Shown: one piece after another, positions 12,414 to 26,959 of the stretch
Layout: every line of letters starts with the position of its first letter
Position numbering within the stretch: position 1 is the stretch's first letter
Origin: the human T2T-CHM13v2.0 reference genome, Homo sapiens
Length of the DNA stretch: 64,000 nucleotides
NCBI RefSeq assembly: GCF_009914755.1
Contig: NC_060935.1
Strand: one strand, 5' to 3'
Program-made: the position numbers and the translations under genes
Notes under the pieces: model-generated
Seen by the model: the letters and a program-made list of their open reading frames with translations, nothing else
Told to the model about the DNA's origin: nothing
Database searches by the model: none

Positions 12414-13060
12414 GAGGGCCTGCATCTTTTTCATTCTCTTGGTAATTTTTGGGGGGTTGGGTGTTCTGTGCTTCCTCCTGAACATGTACTCCTCCTTCAG
12501 CCTTGCTCCTCTTCCTCCTTCCTTCTTTAATTTCCCTTCCTTCTCTCTCCCTTCTCTTCTTGTCCTTTCCTCCACAGTGCCTAGGTTTCTTAATTCCAGG
12601 TTCCTCAGAAGATCTTTCAATTGCATCTTTTCTCTGCAGCCATGCAGAGGTAGCTGGGTGAACTTGAACAGACCATTATAGGAAGGTGCCCATCCACGAT
12701 GCAGTCAGCGGTTGTTGAGTTGGGGAGTGACATGTCTCCAAGTACAGGCATTCTCCCATCTGGACATGGGTGGAGGTGGCATCCCTGAGGAGGGGGATGA
12801 GGCTGGGCTGGCAGCCTTAGTCACAGGGCGGGATGGGGCGGGATGGATTAGCTGGGAGAATCTATTGACAGATGCAGATGAACCTAAGGGGGAGGCAAAG
12901 AGCAGGGCTGCTGCATAGGAGAGAAAAGAGCTGATACTGCAGGGGGTATGGACAGAAGTGTGACCAGTGACTGGGAGCAAGAATGCTTGGAAAAGAGCAA
13001 GAGCTGGTGAGGTCTGGGGTGCAGTGGAGAGGCAGGAGCCAGGGCTGGCAGCAGATGATA

Positions 13061-13245
13061 TTCTTTTTTTTTTTCTGAGACAGGATCTCACTCTCTTCCC
13101 CAGGCTGGAGTGCAGTGGTGTGATCATGGCTCACTGCAGCCTCAACCTCCACCTCAACCTCCCATTAGCTGGGACTACAGACATGACCCTGGCTAATTAT
13201 TTTTGTTTTTGTAGAGATGGGGGTCTCACTCTGTTGCCCAGGATG
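13061..13245 (-). mobile_element. Partial, internally deleted AluJ
   Basis: T-tail then cccaggctggagtgcagtgg...gtagagatggggtctcact. Confidence 0.85.
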
Positions 13246-13628
13246 ACATACTTTTAAAGGTTAAAGTGATAAAAACCCAGAACTTGACTTAGACTTAAAA
13301 GTCTCTGGAGAAGGAGAGAATGACCCTGATGAAAGGATGAGCCGTCTTACTTTCTTTCAGTGTCAGTTTCTCAAAAGACTTGAACCTCAGGCAGAGCTTC
13401 CCCTTGCCTGGCAGGCAGGCTGCTGGGCCCTATGTGAGACCCCTGAGAGGAGGCAGTGTGCCATCATAAGAGAACTCTGGAGTCAGAACCCTAGTTGTTA
13501 GCCTTTGCTCTGCTTAAATATCCTACGGCTCAGTTTTCTTATCTATAAAATGGGGATAAATCCACCAGCTCCACTGACTTCAGAGGGTGAGATGGATGTG
13601 GAAGGACCTTTTAACTTGTAAAGTTTAG

Positions 13629-13859
<231 letters not shown>

Positions 13860-14426
13860 TAGCTGGGCTGCAGAGATGGTAAACTGCACTGCGGCCGCCC
13901 ACCATTCAGGGGAATGGTATTGAGAATAGAGGCAGAGACTGAAAGGTGAAGTAGTTTCATGAGGTACCCACACCTGCTTCAGAAGTGGACACCAAATTTG
14001 GCATGTATGTGGACAAGTGCATTTTTCTAGACTGTGTCTAGGATGTTTAAGAGATCATTGAGGGATCTATAAAACACCCCTCACCCCAAAAGGAACCACA
14101 GACCTAGTGATATAGGTGGCTCTGTGACGAGAAGTATTTGTAAAATGCCTGTGAATGCATCTATTTAAGACGTGTATGCCCCAAATTGTATACATGAGGG
14201 TGCAGATATTGGGAACATATGGTTCCTTGCAATGTTGAACAACCCCAGAGGAAGGGTTTGACTGGGGCTGGGTCCCACAAGTACCTCCTGAGGCTCATGG
14301 GCATCCCTGAGGATCCTCAACCCACCCAACCAACTTCCCAGAATACAGAATAGGAAAATGGTTCTGCAGAGAGTTGCATTGGAGGGCTGAAGGTGGCCTC
14401 TCCTGTGGTCCTTTTGTCTCTGATAG

Positions 14427-14630
14427 AGAGCGAGCTGGCCAAAACGGAGAGCACTTATTTGGCTGAGATGCACAGACAATCTCCCAAAGAGAAGGCCAGC
14501 AAGACTACAACGGTGCGGAGGAGGAAGCGTCCCCATGCCCACCTGCGAGTCCCTCACCTGGAAGAGGTGATGAGCCCGGTCACCACGCCCACAGATGAGG
14601 ATGTGGGCCACAGGATCAAACATGTGGCAG
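14427..14630 (+). CDS. GRAMD1B: GRAMD1B coding exon ESELAKTEST...RRRKRP...HRIKHVA
   Basis: gatag| acceptor, CAG|gtgtgt donor, 204 nt, phase 1-1. Confidence 0.93.
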
Positions 14631-15716
14631 GTGTGTGCCAGGTGGGGACAGGTCGGGTGGACTAAGCTTTGGGCTGGAGCTGCATGCCCACACCAAGGCA
14701 CACACATGCACACTCATTTTGCACCTTGGCTATAATTTGTATATAATTTGAACGTAAGTCACTAAATCTGAGGCTCCCAATGCTCTGTTTCTCTTTGCTC
14801 TTTAAGTTCCTCAGCCCCAGCTGAACCCATATGTGTGCTCTAATTAACAAAAGCTGCCTTAGTGTTTATGCTTTCGTGTTGCCCTAGTTCCATGGCTACC
14901 TGCATAGGCTCAAGTATGAAGCTTCCAAGTTCTTGGGAAATACACTAAGGAGATCCCACAGCTCAGACCACAGAGATTACCTCATTACACAAAGATCAGG
15001 GAGACCAAGACAGTCCCCGTTCACTTCAACCCGCATGGGCCAACCCAGGCTTGCCCTCTCAGGCCGTGGACTCCCTTAATATTTCTTCCTCTTCCCACCC
15101 AGCCATTCACATCCTTGTCTTTGCTGAATCCTGGAAACCTGGGACTCTAAGGGGCCTTAGAGACCAACTAATTGAGTTGGATATGGACAGGGGAGGCAGA
15201 AGAAGAGGGGAGAGTGGGGGAAGAGTGCCAGCCTTCTGCATGCCGCCTAGCTTTACCCCTAGCACTTCCATGTTACGTGTTTTGCATTTAAGATTTCTGA
15301 CTGACATTGCATTTGAGTAAACTGACTCTCAGAGAGCTTACATGACTTGTCCTCCATCATGTAGCTTACTAGGAATAGATCCAGACCCAGAAGCCAGCCG
15401 TCTTTAGTCCTAGCCCAATGCCACATCCTCTCCCATAGCTGAAGATCCCTTTGTCCTGGGCCTGTGTATCCTAGCTACATGGGCCTGTTGATTTTCTCAT
15501 TTGTTCAATGATGACCTGACCCAACCCATGACCTTGCCCTTGAGGATTTTACCTTCTCCTCTTGGAGAGCTGGCAGTCTCCGCATATCGTTGCTGTCACA
15601 GTGTCATGGACATTTTTCCATCAGTCTCTGATGTTTGCTGTTTGACCAGTGTCCCCACCAGCAGTTGTTGGACTTGTGGGTCACCATGGTGATGGTCTCT
15701 TTAATTCTCCCCACAG

Positions 15717-15807
15717 GTTCCACACAGACGCGGCATATCCCGGAGGACACCCCCAACGGTTTCCACCTGCAGAGCGTGTCCAAGCTGCTGCTGGTTATCA
15801 GCTGTGT
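15717..15807 (+). CDS. GRAMD1B: GRAMD1B coding exon GSTQTRHIPEDTPNGFHLQSVSKLLLVISCV (start of TM)
   Basis: cacag| acceptor, GT|gtaagg donor, 91 nt, phase 1-2. Confidence 0.94.
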
Positions 15808-16376
15808 GTAAGGGATTCTAGGTTTTCCTATCCTGCCCTCACCACCTTCCCTTTCCAGCCTGGTGCCCCAGCCCTCGTCTCTTGAAGCATCTGAGCACCC
15901 TTACTGTTTGCCCTGGTTTTTGCCTTATCCTCTAGTCTTCTCTGTCTGGATTGGTTGCTCTGCCTGTTGCTTACCTCTTCGCTTCTTTTTCTCTGCTTTG
16001 TTCAGCATTTACTGTATGCTAGGCCTTCAGAAGAAAATGCTTCATGCAGCATCCATACCCTTCAGGGTTTCAGTTTCAAGTGGGTGAGAGAGACAGAACA
16101 TTTGAAATTCCTGCACAGATGGTTAAATGCTAACAGAGAAATGCTAGAGGGCATTTTAGGAGTTCATTCCTTCATTAGATGTTCTGGGTGTCTGCTCTGT
16201 GCCAGGCACTGGAACTGTGCACTCATGGAGCCCACACGTTGGCAGGGTAGCCAGACAAAATCAATGCCTACAATACAAGAAAAGTGGATGCTTATTTTAA
16301 TGTAGACTATTTATAATAATTGCTATGACATTATAAAACAGTAGGCACAGTAACTTGCATAGAAAGATGCTATGCT

Positions 16377-16565
16377 GGCTGGGCATGGTGGCTCACGCCT
16401 GTAATCCCAGCACTTTGGGAGGCCGAGGCAGGCGGATCATGAGGTCAGGAGATGGACAGCATCCTGGCTAACATTGTGAAACCCCGTCTCTACTAAAACT
16501 ACAAATATTAGCCAGGCGTGGTGGCAGGCGCCTGTAGTCCCAGCTACTCAGGAGGCTGAGGTAGG
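16377..16565 (+). mobile_element. 3'-truncated AluY/Sc-like element
   Basis: Left arm plus the start of the right arm; ends after ggaggctgagg. Confidence 0.9.
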
Positions 16566-17013
16566 GAAGGAAGATGCGCTACTGATTCGAGGGACCATAC
16601 ATGGTTGTGTCATTCACAGACATCTGGAATTTAGCAAAGCATTTCCAAAGAAGACATTAACAGTTCCAGGTATGTCTCAGGTGCCATAGGTTATCCAGGA
16701 AGAGGTGACAGATTTCTGCTGATGTGGTCCTGGAGCTCAGATGACAAGTGTAGGCTGCAGTCACTGCTTAATTATCCATAACATTACAGCCTTGGTGTGA
16801 ATGAAAGCATCCATAGAGAGTATAGCATGTGACAAAGAAGACAAGGTCTAGGACGGTCCTGGGGACCAACTACAGGAGGGAAAGCCATGAGAAACATAAG
16901 GTGGACTCTTTCACCAACCTTAATATGTCAAATAAAAGTAAATGCAAAATTCTTCTGATGACAGCATAAGAAACGAAGATATTTTTACAAAATTAAAAAC
17001 AAAAGTAACTGTT

Positions 17014-17338
<325 letters not shown>

Positions 17339-18141
17339 TCACACTTAGCAACATCGATTTAATGTGATTCATGCCATTGTTCTGTTAAATTAAATCTCTT
17401 GTATTGGATTTTGGTTTGTAGAGCACTGTAACCTCAAGTTAGTTCTGTGTTTAAGCTCTTTCTGCATTTTGACTTTAAGTAGAGAAGGCCTGCACCCCTG
17501 AGCAAATTGTATAGCATGTTATTAACTAACTTTTGGGTTTTGTAAGTTTAGAATGATCAGACTCTCTAATTCAATGCTGCAGGATCCAGGCCAAGTGTCT
17601 GCCGACAGCCTACACGTGGGACGGGCTGACACAGCACAGCTTGCCCTGTGTCTGGCAGGCTCTTGCCCCCACATGCCTGCTGCAGTGTGACTCAGCCACC
17701 TCCTTTCTCTATTTCGACAACTGCGCAGGCTTCACTTAGACAGCACACAGGGGTATCCCTTGACCTTCACTTAGCACAGAGAGGATTGCAAACATAAACC
17801 CAAATGCAGGCACCAAGATCGTGAGCAGGCTGTGCCAAAGAGGCGGGTGTTCAGATGACCCAGTGAGTGCTGATAAAATTAAAGACCGTGGCACTGAAAT
17901 TCAACATAAAAGTTTTAAAGGCCTTGGGGACAACTCAGAGAGGCCTGAGAACACAGCAGCCCCAGAAATTTGTGGCTGTCAGTTTAAGGAAGACTACCTT
18001 CCACAGTACCAGAAGCACGGATGACACACACGGTACCACTTGCACAGGCATAAGCTTTGAAAAGCCTAAGGCATAGCATAAGCTTTTCTTTCTTCGCTGG
18101 TCTTTTATCCATCTCTCTTTTATCTGTTTTTCTTTCTTTCC

Positions 18142-18659
<518 letters not shown>

Positions 18660-19316
18660 TAAGAGATTTTTAAGTGGTGAGCCAGGGTTTGCATCCAGTT
18701 TTGTGTGTCTCTGGATCCTCTCTACCCATGATGATGTCTTCATCTCTTCATCCTATGAGCTTGTTATACAGTGAGTTTAGGCAGCCAGTGAGGCTGAGAG
18801 AAGGAGAGAATTTCTGCAGTCTCTCTATGACTCCCCACAGCCCCTCCAGCCCCTGGATGATCCTTGCCTCCCCTGTCTCTCACCAGTTCTGACCCAGACT
18901 CTGGGAAACCTCAGCCTGTCTGCATGATCCCTGCCAGCCGGTATCAGGTTGAGGCAGGGAACTTTGCAGCTTGCGGGAAGTTCTGCTAACATCTGTAAGA
19001 GGTATCATTGGCAGAGCTAGGGACCCACTGGAATTCCTCCTTCAGTCTCACCCTTCAGTTAGGTCCTAAGGTTGGGTTGGTAGGGGGAGTCTTTTCTCAA
19101 TTTAGCACCCGTGGAAATACTAAGAGTCTGTCTGTTGTTTTCTTGTGCCCTGTCCTTGCTGGGTCGTCTCATCCATTGTGTCTTTGCTTCTAGTATTTTT
19201 TTCTCATATACTCTCACTCACTCCCAGGTTGATTTTCAGTGCAGGTTTCCCCTTCCCCACACTTGCCTGTTTCTAACCTCTGCCTCCTCCCCATTTTTCT
19301 TCCTTGCTCCCATTAG

Positions 19317-19328
19317 GATCTGTTTCAG
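19317..19328 (+). CDS. GRAMD1B: GRAMD1B 12-nt microexon (G ATC TGT TTC AG; adds ICFS to the TM helix)
   Basis: Branch point TTCTAAC (19271-19277), long pyrimidine tract, cattag| acceptor, AG|gtactg donor; phase 2-2; yields ...VISCVICFSLVLLVIL..., which matches the protein as I recall it. Confidence 0.85.
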
Positions 19329-19664
19329 GTACTGGCTCTATGATTTCTCCTTTACCCCCTCATCTCTTTTCCTCCCCACCGTACCTCTCTTCCCCCAGGT
19401 GCCCAGGTTCTGGGTGCCTATGCATCTCTCCTTTCTAGTGCCTTCATCCCATGCCCCTCTCCATGGCTCTCCCCTGTATCCTGGCCCATCCAGATTAGGT
19501 TGCTTCTCTCTCTCTCTCCCTTGCTCCATCCCTCCAGCTCAGTCACTCACTGCAATGCTTTGGATGGCCCACCGGTCAGGGACAGCAGCCTCTGGGATGG
19601 GGGATGTCCTAGGCTCAGGTGACATCTCACTGCTGATGTTTTTTTCCCCACGTCTCCTTCCTAG

Positions 19665-19772
19665 TCTGGTGCTGCTGGTCATCCTTAACATGATGCTCTT
19701 CTACAAACTCTGGATGTTGGAATACACCACGCAGACCCTCACTGCCTGGCAGGGTCTAAGGCTCCAAGAAAG
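19665..19772 (+). CDS. GRAMD1B: GRAMD1B coding exon (TM) LVLLVILNMMLFYKLWMLEYTTQTLTAWQGLRLQER
   Basis: cctag| acceptor, AG|gtaatc donor, 108 nt, phase 2-2. Confidence 0.95.
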
Positions 19773-20078
19773 GTAATCCTGGCCTCGTCCCCTCACCTCC
19801 ACCTTCATCCCACCCAGTGCCATGATACCTGTCTCCCAGTCTCCTTGGGACTGCCTCACTGCCCTTCCCCATCCCTCTGGGATGAGCCCACAGGGAAACT
19901 CAGAATCTCTCCCTATAGTTTCAGCCCACTTCTGATCTGGGGCACAGGGGAACCGGGGGCAGTGAGCAGAGGACAAAGCACTCTGATGTGACTCTCTGTC
20001 CTTTAGGGGTCTGGGAGCCCAGGACAGTTCGCTGAGCATAACTCCAGCTGCTGGGGTACCCCTTCTTCTACCCCACAG

Positions 20079-20196
20079 GTTACCCCAGTCTCAGACAGAA
20101 TGGGCCCAGCTCTTAGAGTCCCAACAAAAGTACCACGATACTGAGCTCCAAAAATGGAGGGAAATCATCAAATCCTCAGTGATGCTCCTTGACCAG
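20079..20196 (+). CDS. GRAMD1B: GRAMD1B coding exon (luminal helix) LPQSQTEWAQLLESQQKYHDTELQKWREIIKSSVMLLDQ
   Basis: cacag| acceptor, CAG|gtgaga donor, 118 nt, phase 2-0. Confidence 0.95.
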
Positions 20197-21163
20197 GTGA
20201 GATGCCCCACCTTCTCTGCTTGCCCTGGTCTTTGGGAGCGGGGACTCCTTCCCTTATGCTGTGAGAAAGATCCTCGTCTCTATCACCACCCTCCAGACTT
20301 CTCCCTCCAATTCATTCTTCCTCCAGGCCATGCATTGTTCTAAATGGAAAGCCTTCCTTGAGTGGGCTGCTAGAAATGCAGGTGTATTCTAAAAAATAAG
20401 AACAATAAAATGACCCACTGAATTTGCACCAGGAAAGCTGTAGTTTAGGTGGAAGGAGAACTCTTTTTATTTTTATTTTTGGTAACCCATAACCATCTGA
20501 CAGGCATTTAAACAGAGAACCCCCTCAGCCCTTTTACAGAGATTTGTCTTCCCAGAGGGCATGTCTTTGAGTTTTTTCAAATGTTTACCGCCCCCTCCTC
20601 TGACAGTCAGTGGCACTGCACTGATAGTCTGGGAAGATGGCTGTACTTTGTCTTCTTTTCATAGCATCATCTTTGTCGTACAGTTTGCCTGTATTCCCCC
20701 CCGCAAAACTAGATCAACTATTTAGGCAAATCATCCTGAGGCAAAATCAATAATTAGCCTAGTTTCCTTGGGGGAGGGAGCTTCCTGCTTCCCCAGAATA
20801 GTTTAGTATCATAAAATATGCCTCCATGTGGTTGCCTAGAGAGCAGGAATCTGCCTTTGCTGTGCAAGAGAATTAGAAAATAATAGACTCAGGATTTATC
20901 CTGCTACATGACAACTTCTCTCCCTAAAGAGTTGCCTTTCTGATGTTTTGTGACCAGCCAGAGACGGCATCCCAGCTTTGCCACTAATTTTGTGACCGTG
21001 AGCAAGGGACCTTGAGCTTCCATTTCTTCATTTATAAAATAGGAATTGTAATCATAGCTTCATGGAACTGTCATCAGGATTTGATGCCATGTGGGCGGTG
21101 CTCATTAATATTAAACTTTGTTTCCTTGCATTGTTTGGTCTTAGCTCTAAGTAAGGAAAAAGA

Positions 21164-21468
<305 letters not shown>

Positions 21469-22826
21469 GGGAAAAGAATCTTAATGCAGCTATCAAGACC
21501 CAGTTGGATGTGTTTAGCTTTGTCACTACACTTAAGGAGGGCATTTTTTATTTTAAACCAAAAGGGGACAGAAAGCTTAGTGAGGAGTTTAGAAGCCCTA
21601 CCCTTTCAAAAAGTGTTGATGGAATTGAAGACAAACCCAGGAGAAGGGAACACGAGGGTGAGGAGAACAGGGTGGCCTTCAGACACCCAGGCCAACACAT
21701 GTCAAGGGTTAGACTTACTGGAAAACTCCAGAGCGCTGAACTAGAGCTAGAAGTTTAAGAAAGTAATTTTTCTTCATCATCAAATGCAAACAACTTGTGG
21801 CTAATGCTGTCCAGCAATGGAACAGGCTACTGTAGGGAACTGAGATTCCAACATTGAAAGTGTTCATCATCATCACTAGATGATGATGGATAAAGAACTT
21901 ATAGATTAAATTGGGGCAGTTGGACTAGATGACCCAGGGGTCTCTTCCAACTCTACAATTCTATTTCAGAATGGGGCCCTTTAACTTGGGGGTTGGGGCT
22001 GTCAGATTTATAGCCTAGTGGACTCTACCCTACAAGTATTAAGAGAGTTGTTTTGTTTCAATCCCTTTAAAAGTAACTTTTAAAATAACAGAATGGCCCC
22101 CTCCTCTGTCTTGAGCACAAGATATAAATGAACCAGAGAGAAGAAAGTGGTAGATTAAGCAGAGAGACCAGACTTTCCCTAAATCCGTAACCATTTACCC
22201 CAGAAATGTTGTCTTATGTTGTAATACAGCAGTTTACCCAGAGACAGTATGTAAATATGTGAATATTTAAATATATGATGGTATGATGGGCCATTTTACA
22301 ATTCTCCTGCCAGGTTCCATTCTAGTCTCCCATTTAGACTGCAGTCTATGACCTAAAAATGTTAATTTGCTGATGTGGATACCTACTAGGAACCCACTCA
22401 GTTCTCTGCATGGTGCCCCTGGGTGCACAAGGGAAGGATTAGACACAGTTCTAGTCCTAGCAAACATGAAACCAAGCAACGAAAGATGACTGCAGTCCAG
22501 AGCCTGAGTGTGCTGTGTGAGAGACCATGAAGGAGAGGGATGACTGGGAGCTGGAGAAAGCTTGGATTTGTTCTGAGCCTTAGCAGACGGGTGACACTGG
22601 AATAGGCAAGAGCACAAAGATTCCTGGGCGGGGAGAACAATGTGGCTCAATGTACAAAGACAGGCTTGTGGTATATTAAGGATCATCAGGGAAACCAGAT
22701 GAAACAAGTAGATCAAGTCAGTGACAGCCTGAGAGGCTCTTGGTAGCAGTTGAACACTTCAAGAGAGTTCTTGATCTAGCACTGAGACCCAGTAAGCCCT
22801 ACCCAAGGGCTTCCCCATGCTAGATT

Positions 22827-23003
22827 GTCTTTCTTTCTTTTCTTTCTTTCTTTTTCTTTCTTTCTTTCTTTTTCTCTTTCTTTCTTTTCTTCTTCCTTCC
22901 TTCCTTCCTTTCTCTCTTTCTTTCTTTCTTCTTTCTTTCTTTCCTCTCTCTTTTTTTCTTTTCTTTCTCTCTCCCTCTCCCTTTCCCCCTCTGTCTCTCT
23001 CTC
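22827..23003. repeat. (TTTC/TTCC/CT)n polypyrimidine tract (expanded Alu tail)
   Basis: About 175 nt almost purely C/T, adjacent to an antisense Alu. Confidence 0.95.
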
Positions 23004-23313
<310 letters not shown>

Positions 23314-23477
23314 TGAAACAGTGTTGAGAACCACCCTTGCTTTAGGTGCCCGACTCTTTTCAGCCCCATGGCGTGGTTGGAGGCCTGCCCTAGGCGGGTG
23401 TGGGGAGAGGGCTGCTCGGTGGAGAATCCCACTAAAAGCGCAGACCCAGGCCTGGGGTGGGGTTTTCTGTCTTGCAG

Positions 23478-23567
23478 ATGAAGGACTCGCTCATCAACCT
23501 TCAGAACGGCATCAGGTCCCGCGACTACACGTCGGAAAGTGAAGAAAAGAGGAATCGCTATCATTGA
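23478..23567 (+). CDS. GRAMD1B: GRAMD1B last coding exon MKDSLINLQNGIRSRDYTSESEEKRNRYH*
   Basis: tgcag| acceptor, 30 codons ending TGA at 23565-23567; the 14 exons sum to 1677 nt in one open frame. Confidence 0.96.
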   Translation: MKDSLINLQNGIRSRDYTSESEEKRNRYH

Positions 23568-26500
23568 CAAGGCAGGAACAGGGTGGCTGCAAGAGGCCTG
23601 TGCAATACATGTACATAGACCATATAAATATATATATATAAATATATATATATACAGAATATAAATATATATATTATATACAGATTTTAAAAAAGAGATA
23701 ATGCCTATGTACCAGGGAGAAGGAGCGGGCCCTCCCGCGCCCTGTGCTGGCCGGAGCAGCGTTTTCTTATGGTGGAGCAGCTGAGGAGGGCAGGAACCGC
23801 CTCTCAGCACCGACCTCCCCTGATCTCCCTCCTCCCACCCTCTGTTCCCCACCCCTTCCCTTGCTGGCCATTCTTGGCTTTTAGAAGGGAAATGTTGAGC
23901 CAAAGTTATGCCTGCGAAGACCCTAAGGTCTCAAAAAGAAGTCTTAAGACGGCATTGCTTAAGGTGCTTCATTCCCTAATCCCCTTTTGATTTGTTTCCA
24001 AAATAAAAGAGAATCTTTTCTTCCCTACCCCAGGCTTCCCCAGGCATTCTCTTGGGAACACAGAAGCATCAAGGGAGCCCAGTCTAAACTCCTAGGGTTG
24101 GCCGCCCACTTGATCCAGACCGTACTGAGTGTCAGATGGAGAGGATGCTTGGAAAGCTAGGAAGGCTGCATTGTGTGGTGGCAGGCTCCCGAGACTCGTG
24201 TTCTGAAGGATACTCTCCTCCATCACCCCTGCACCTTCCTCCGACCTGTGTAGGGTGTGGACCCAGTAAGGGCTGGGAATTTCTTACTTTCCCACCCGCT
24301 TTCTCTCTGGTCTTCTCCCAGGCTGGATCTGGGCGAAGTGTCACTTTTTAGTGCCTAAAGTCCTATTGTTTCTCTGTGCCCTAAGAGCACATTGTTTATT
24401 AGCCAGGGTGGAGCGTTTTCGACCTTATTAAACCTCTTTTAGTGCTTCTAAGCAAGTCAGGTCTGTGGCTCTGAGGCCTTCACTTAGAGCTGTCAGTGTG
24501 ATTTCCAGGATGAGTCAGGGTGTGCTGGGCCCTCCAGGATTTGAGAGAGGGAGAGAAGGCCCTTGCCACGTCCGGGGTGCAGGGTCTACCCACAGAACAC
24601 TGTGAGTGGTGAGCACCAAGATGGGTTGCCAGCCTCATTTGCTCTTTGAACGAACCAACATTAGCCAGTGGAGACGACTGTCTGAGACAGTTTGCACATA
24701 GAAAAAGCATCTGAGCCACTGGAGGGAAGGATTTGGCAAAGGTGCATGTGTTTGGGCAGGAAAAGGCCAAGTGAAATCTATGCCCTACGGGAGCCATTCC
24801 CAATCCTGAGTTTCTCAGACTTGGCAATGGGGGTTCTGGCGGGGGTTGGAGTACAAATCCTGCTCTGGTCTCTGGCCCCACAGAGGTGTAAGATCATTAA
24901 GAAGTAGAAGGCACTAGCTTCAAAGAGTGAGACATTCAGGGCCTTTTCAGCATTGGCCCACTAGCACCATGCATTTATCTGAATTCACGGGGCCCTCTGG
25001 GCACATTCATCATCCCTCATACACTAACTACTGTTTCTTCATGTAATGACCAAAAGAGTCCCACCAGCTCCAGGCAGAGCTTGTGGAGATTCATGAAAGA
25101 GTCATAGCCAGTTTGGCATGCAGAGGTCTTCAGTCTTGCTTATTCTTCTCCTGGGCTTCTTGACACAGGGGCAGAAGAAACCCCAGATGTCCCAGATGTC
25201 CCAGAACATCAGCCCAAAAGACAGAAGATTTTATCACTCATCTACCCCAAAGATAAAGTTGTATTTTTTTCTTAGAATGGCCTTTAATTCCCTGTGGCAA
25301 TTACAGTTTTTGACTTTTCCATGTGAGAATAAGGCCTTGGTATTTCCCTAAGGGCAGGATCAGAAAACAGGAAGGTCCATGCCCAGGTGATCCTCCAAGG
25401 GAGGAGGGTGAGGAGGCTCCAGGGCATGAGCTAGAGTGGATATTCCTCCCCTAGAAGAGGAGATGGGAGGAAATGCAGTTTCATGTAATCCCTGTGAAGA
25501 GTGCCTATGCCCACAGCCCAGTGGGTCCTTGTTCAGTTCTTGTCCAGGCCTTTGGGTGAGGGACACTGGTAGGGATCAAGGCTCATGGGCTCTGAGCCAA
25601 AGAAGGAGGCATGGTGCAGACTGCTGGAAATCTCCCCCTTGGCACAGCCAGAAGCCAAAACTATTCCCAGAAAGTTTTGAATGCAAAACTTGTAGATTCC
25701 TGAATTTATTCCATACATAATTATTTCCTTAAGTTATTTAATTATTAAAGGTGCCACGGTGGGACCTTTGGGATGACTTAAAAAGGGTTCTTTGTTGGGA
25801 GTCAAGTGACAGAGCAGACCTGGCCGCAGGGAGTTGTTCTGCTTCTGCTTTACCTCTCAGGACCATTCCCAGGAGGAAAAGGTGGCAGAGAGGGCAGTAC
25901 TGAGTATGTCAGAAGAGCCCTCCTGGTTTTTTAGCGATTTGAACCCACTAGACAATGTGTGCACATAGGGAATGTCCTTTAAGAATCATGGATCTCTTGT
26001 AGGCTCTCTGTGTTCCAATAATTTTTTGACTATCATACCAGGAAAAAACCAACAACTCTATTCATTCCCAAACAAAATCTCTTCCCCCTTAGTCAATAGC
26101 TTGCGAAAGACATCTTAACTCACCCTTGCAGATAAGTCTTGGAGTGAAACAAATAAATAGCATTGTATTCCTGGCCATTTGCCTGGCTAGTTGCTGTCTA
26201 CAAGGGAGCATCAAAACATCACTACTTCTTATGTAACTTCTTCCAGCCAGTGCTTTTATTGTTCGTTTTAGTTTACTGGGGACACACAGGAGTCTTTCTG
26301 TAATGACTTATGTGGTAAAATGTTTGAGAGTTTGCACTCAATTTTAAAGAATTTGCAGTTTCTAACAAGGTGAAGAACAGCTATAGGATCTAAAGTTCCA
26401 TTACAGCTTACTGTGAAAGAATTGACAAGACTGGCCTCAGACAAGCTAATCATGGTGCGACTCTCTCCCTTCCTCATCCACCTCTTTGGGGACAAGAGGA

Positions 26501-26904
26501 TTACATCTCAGGCCAGCAAGATCAGCTGCTTGAAGCTCTGTGTAAGAGCACTGCACTGACGGTTTGGAGACCTGAGCCTGGGTCCTGACTTTTCCATTGA
26601 CTAAGCTCTGTGGCCTTGGGCAAGTCACTCCCCCTCTCTGAGCTTCAGTATCCTCCTGTCACAGGAGGGAGTTGGGCTAGATCATCTTTAAGGTAGGTTC
26701 TAGCTTTGACATCATCTTGGGGGTTAGGCCAGAGGCTGGGAAGACTGGGTGGACTTTCTCAATTGCTCTGCCAGGAGGGAACAAGCCCAGAGGCTGAAGC
26801 TTCCCAGTATTTAGAGGTGTGGTAGGGCAGTGTCTGCATTCCCAGGAGACCCAGGGTGATTAAAATTTATTCTTTAGGTGGCTAGGAGGGCTGGGGAGGC
26901 CCAG

Positions 26905-26908
<4 letters not shown>

Positions 26909-26957
<49 letters not shown>
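26909..26957. repeat. (AG)n microsatellite in the GRAMD1B 3'UTR
   Basis: About 24 perfect AG units. Confidence 0.95.
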
Positions 26958-26959
<2 letters not shown>

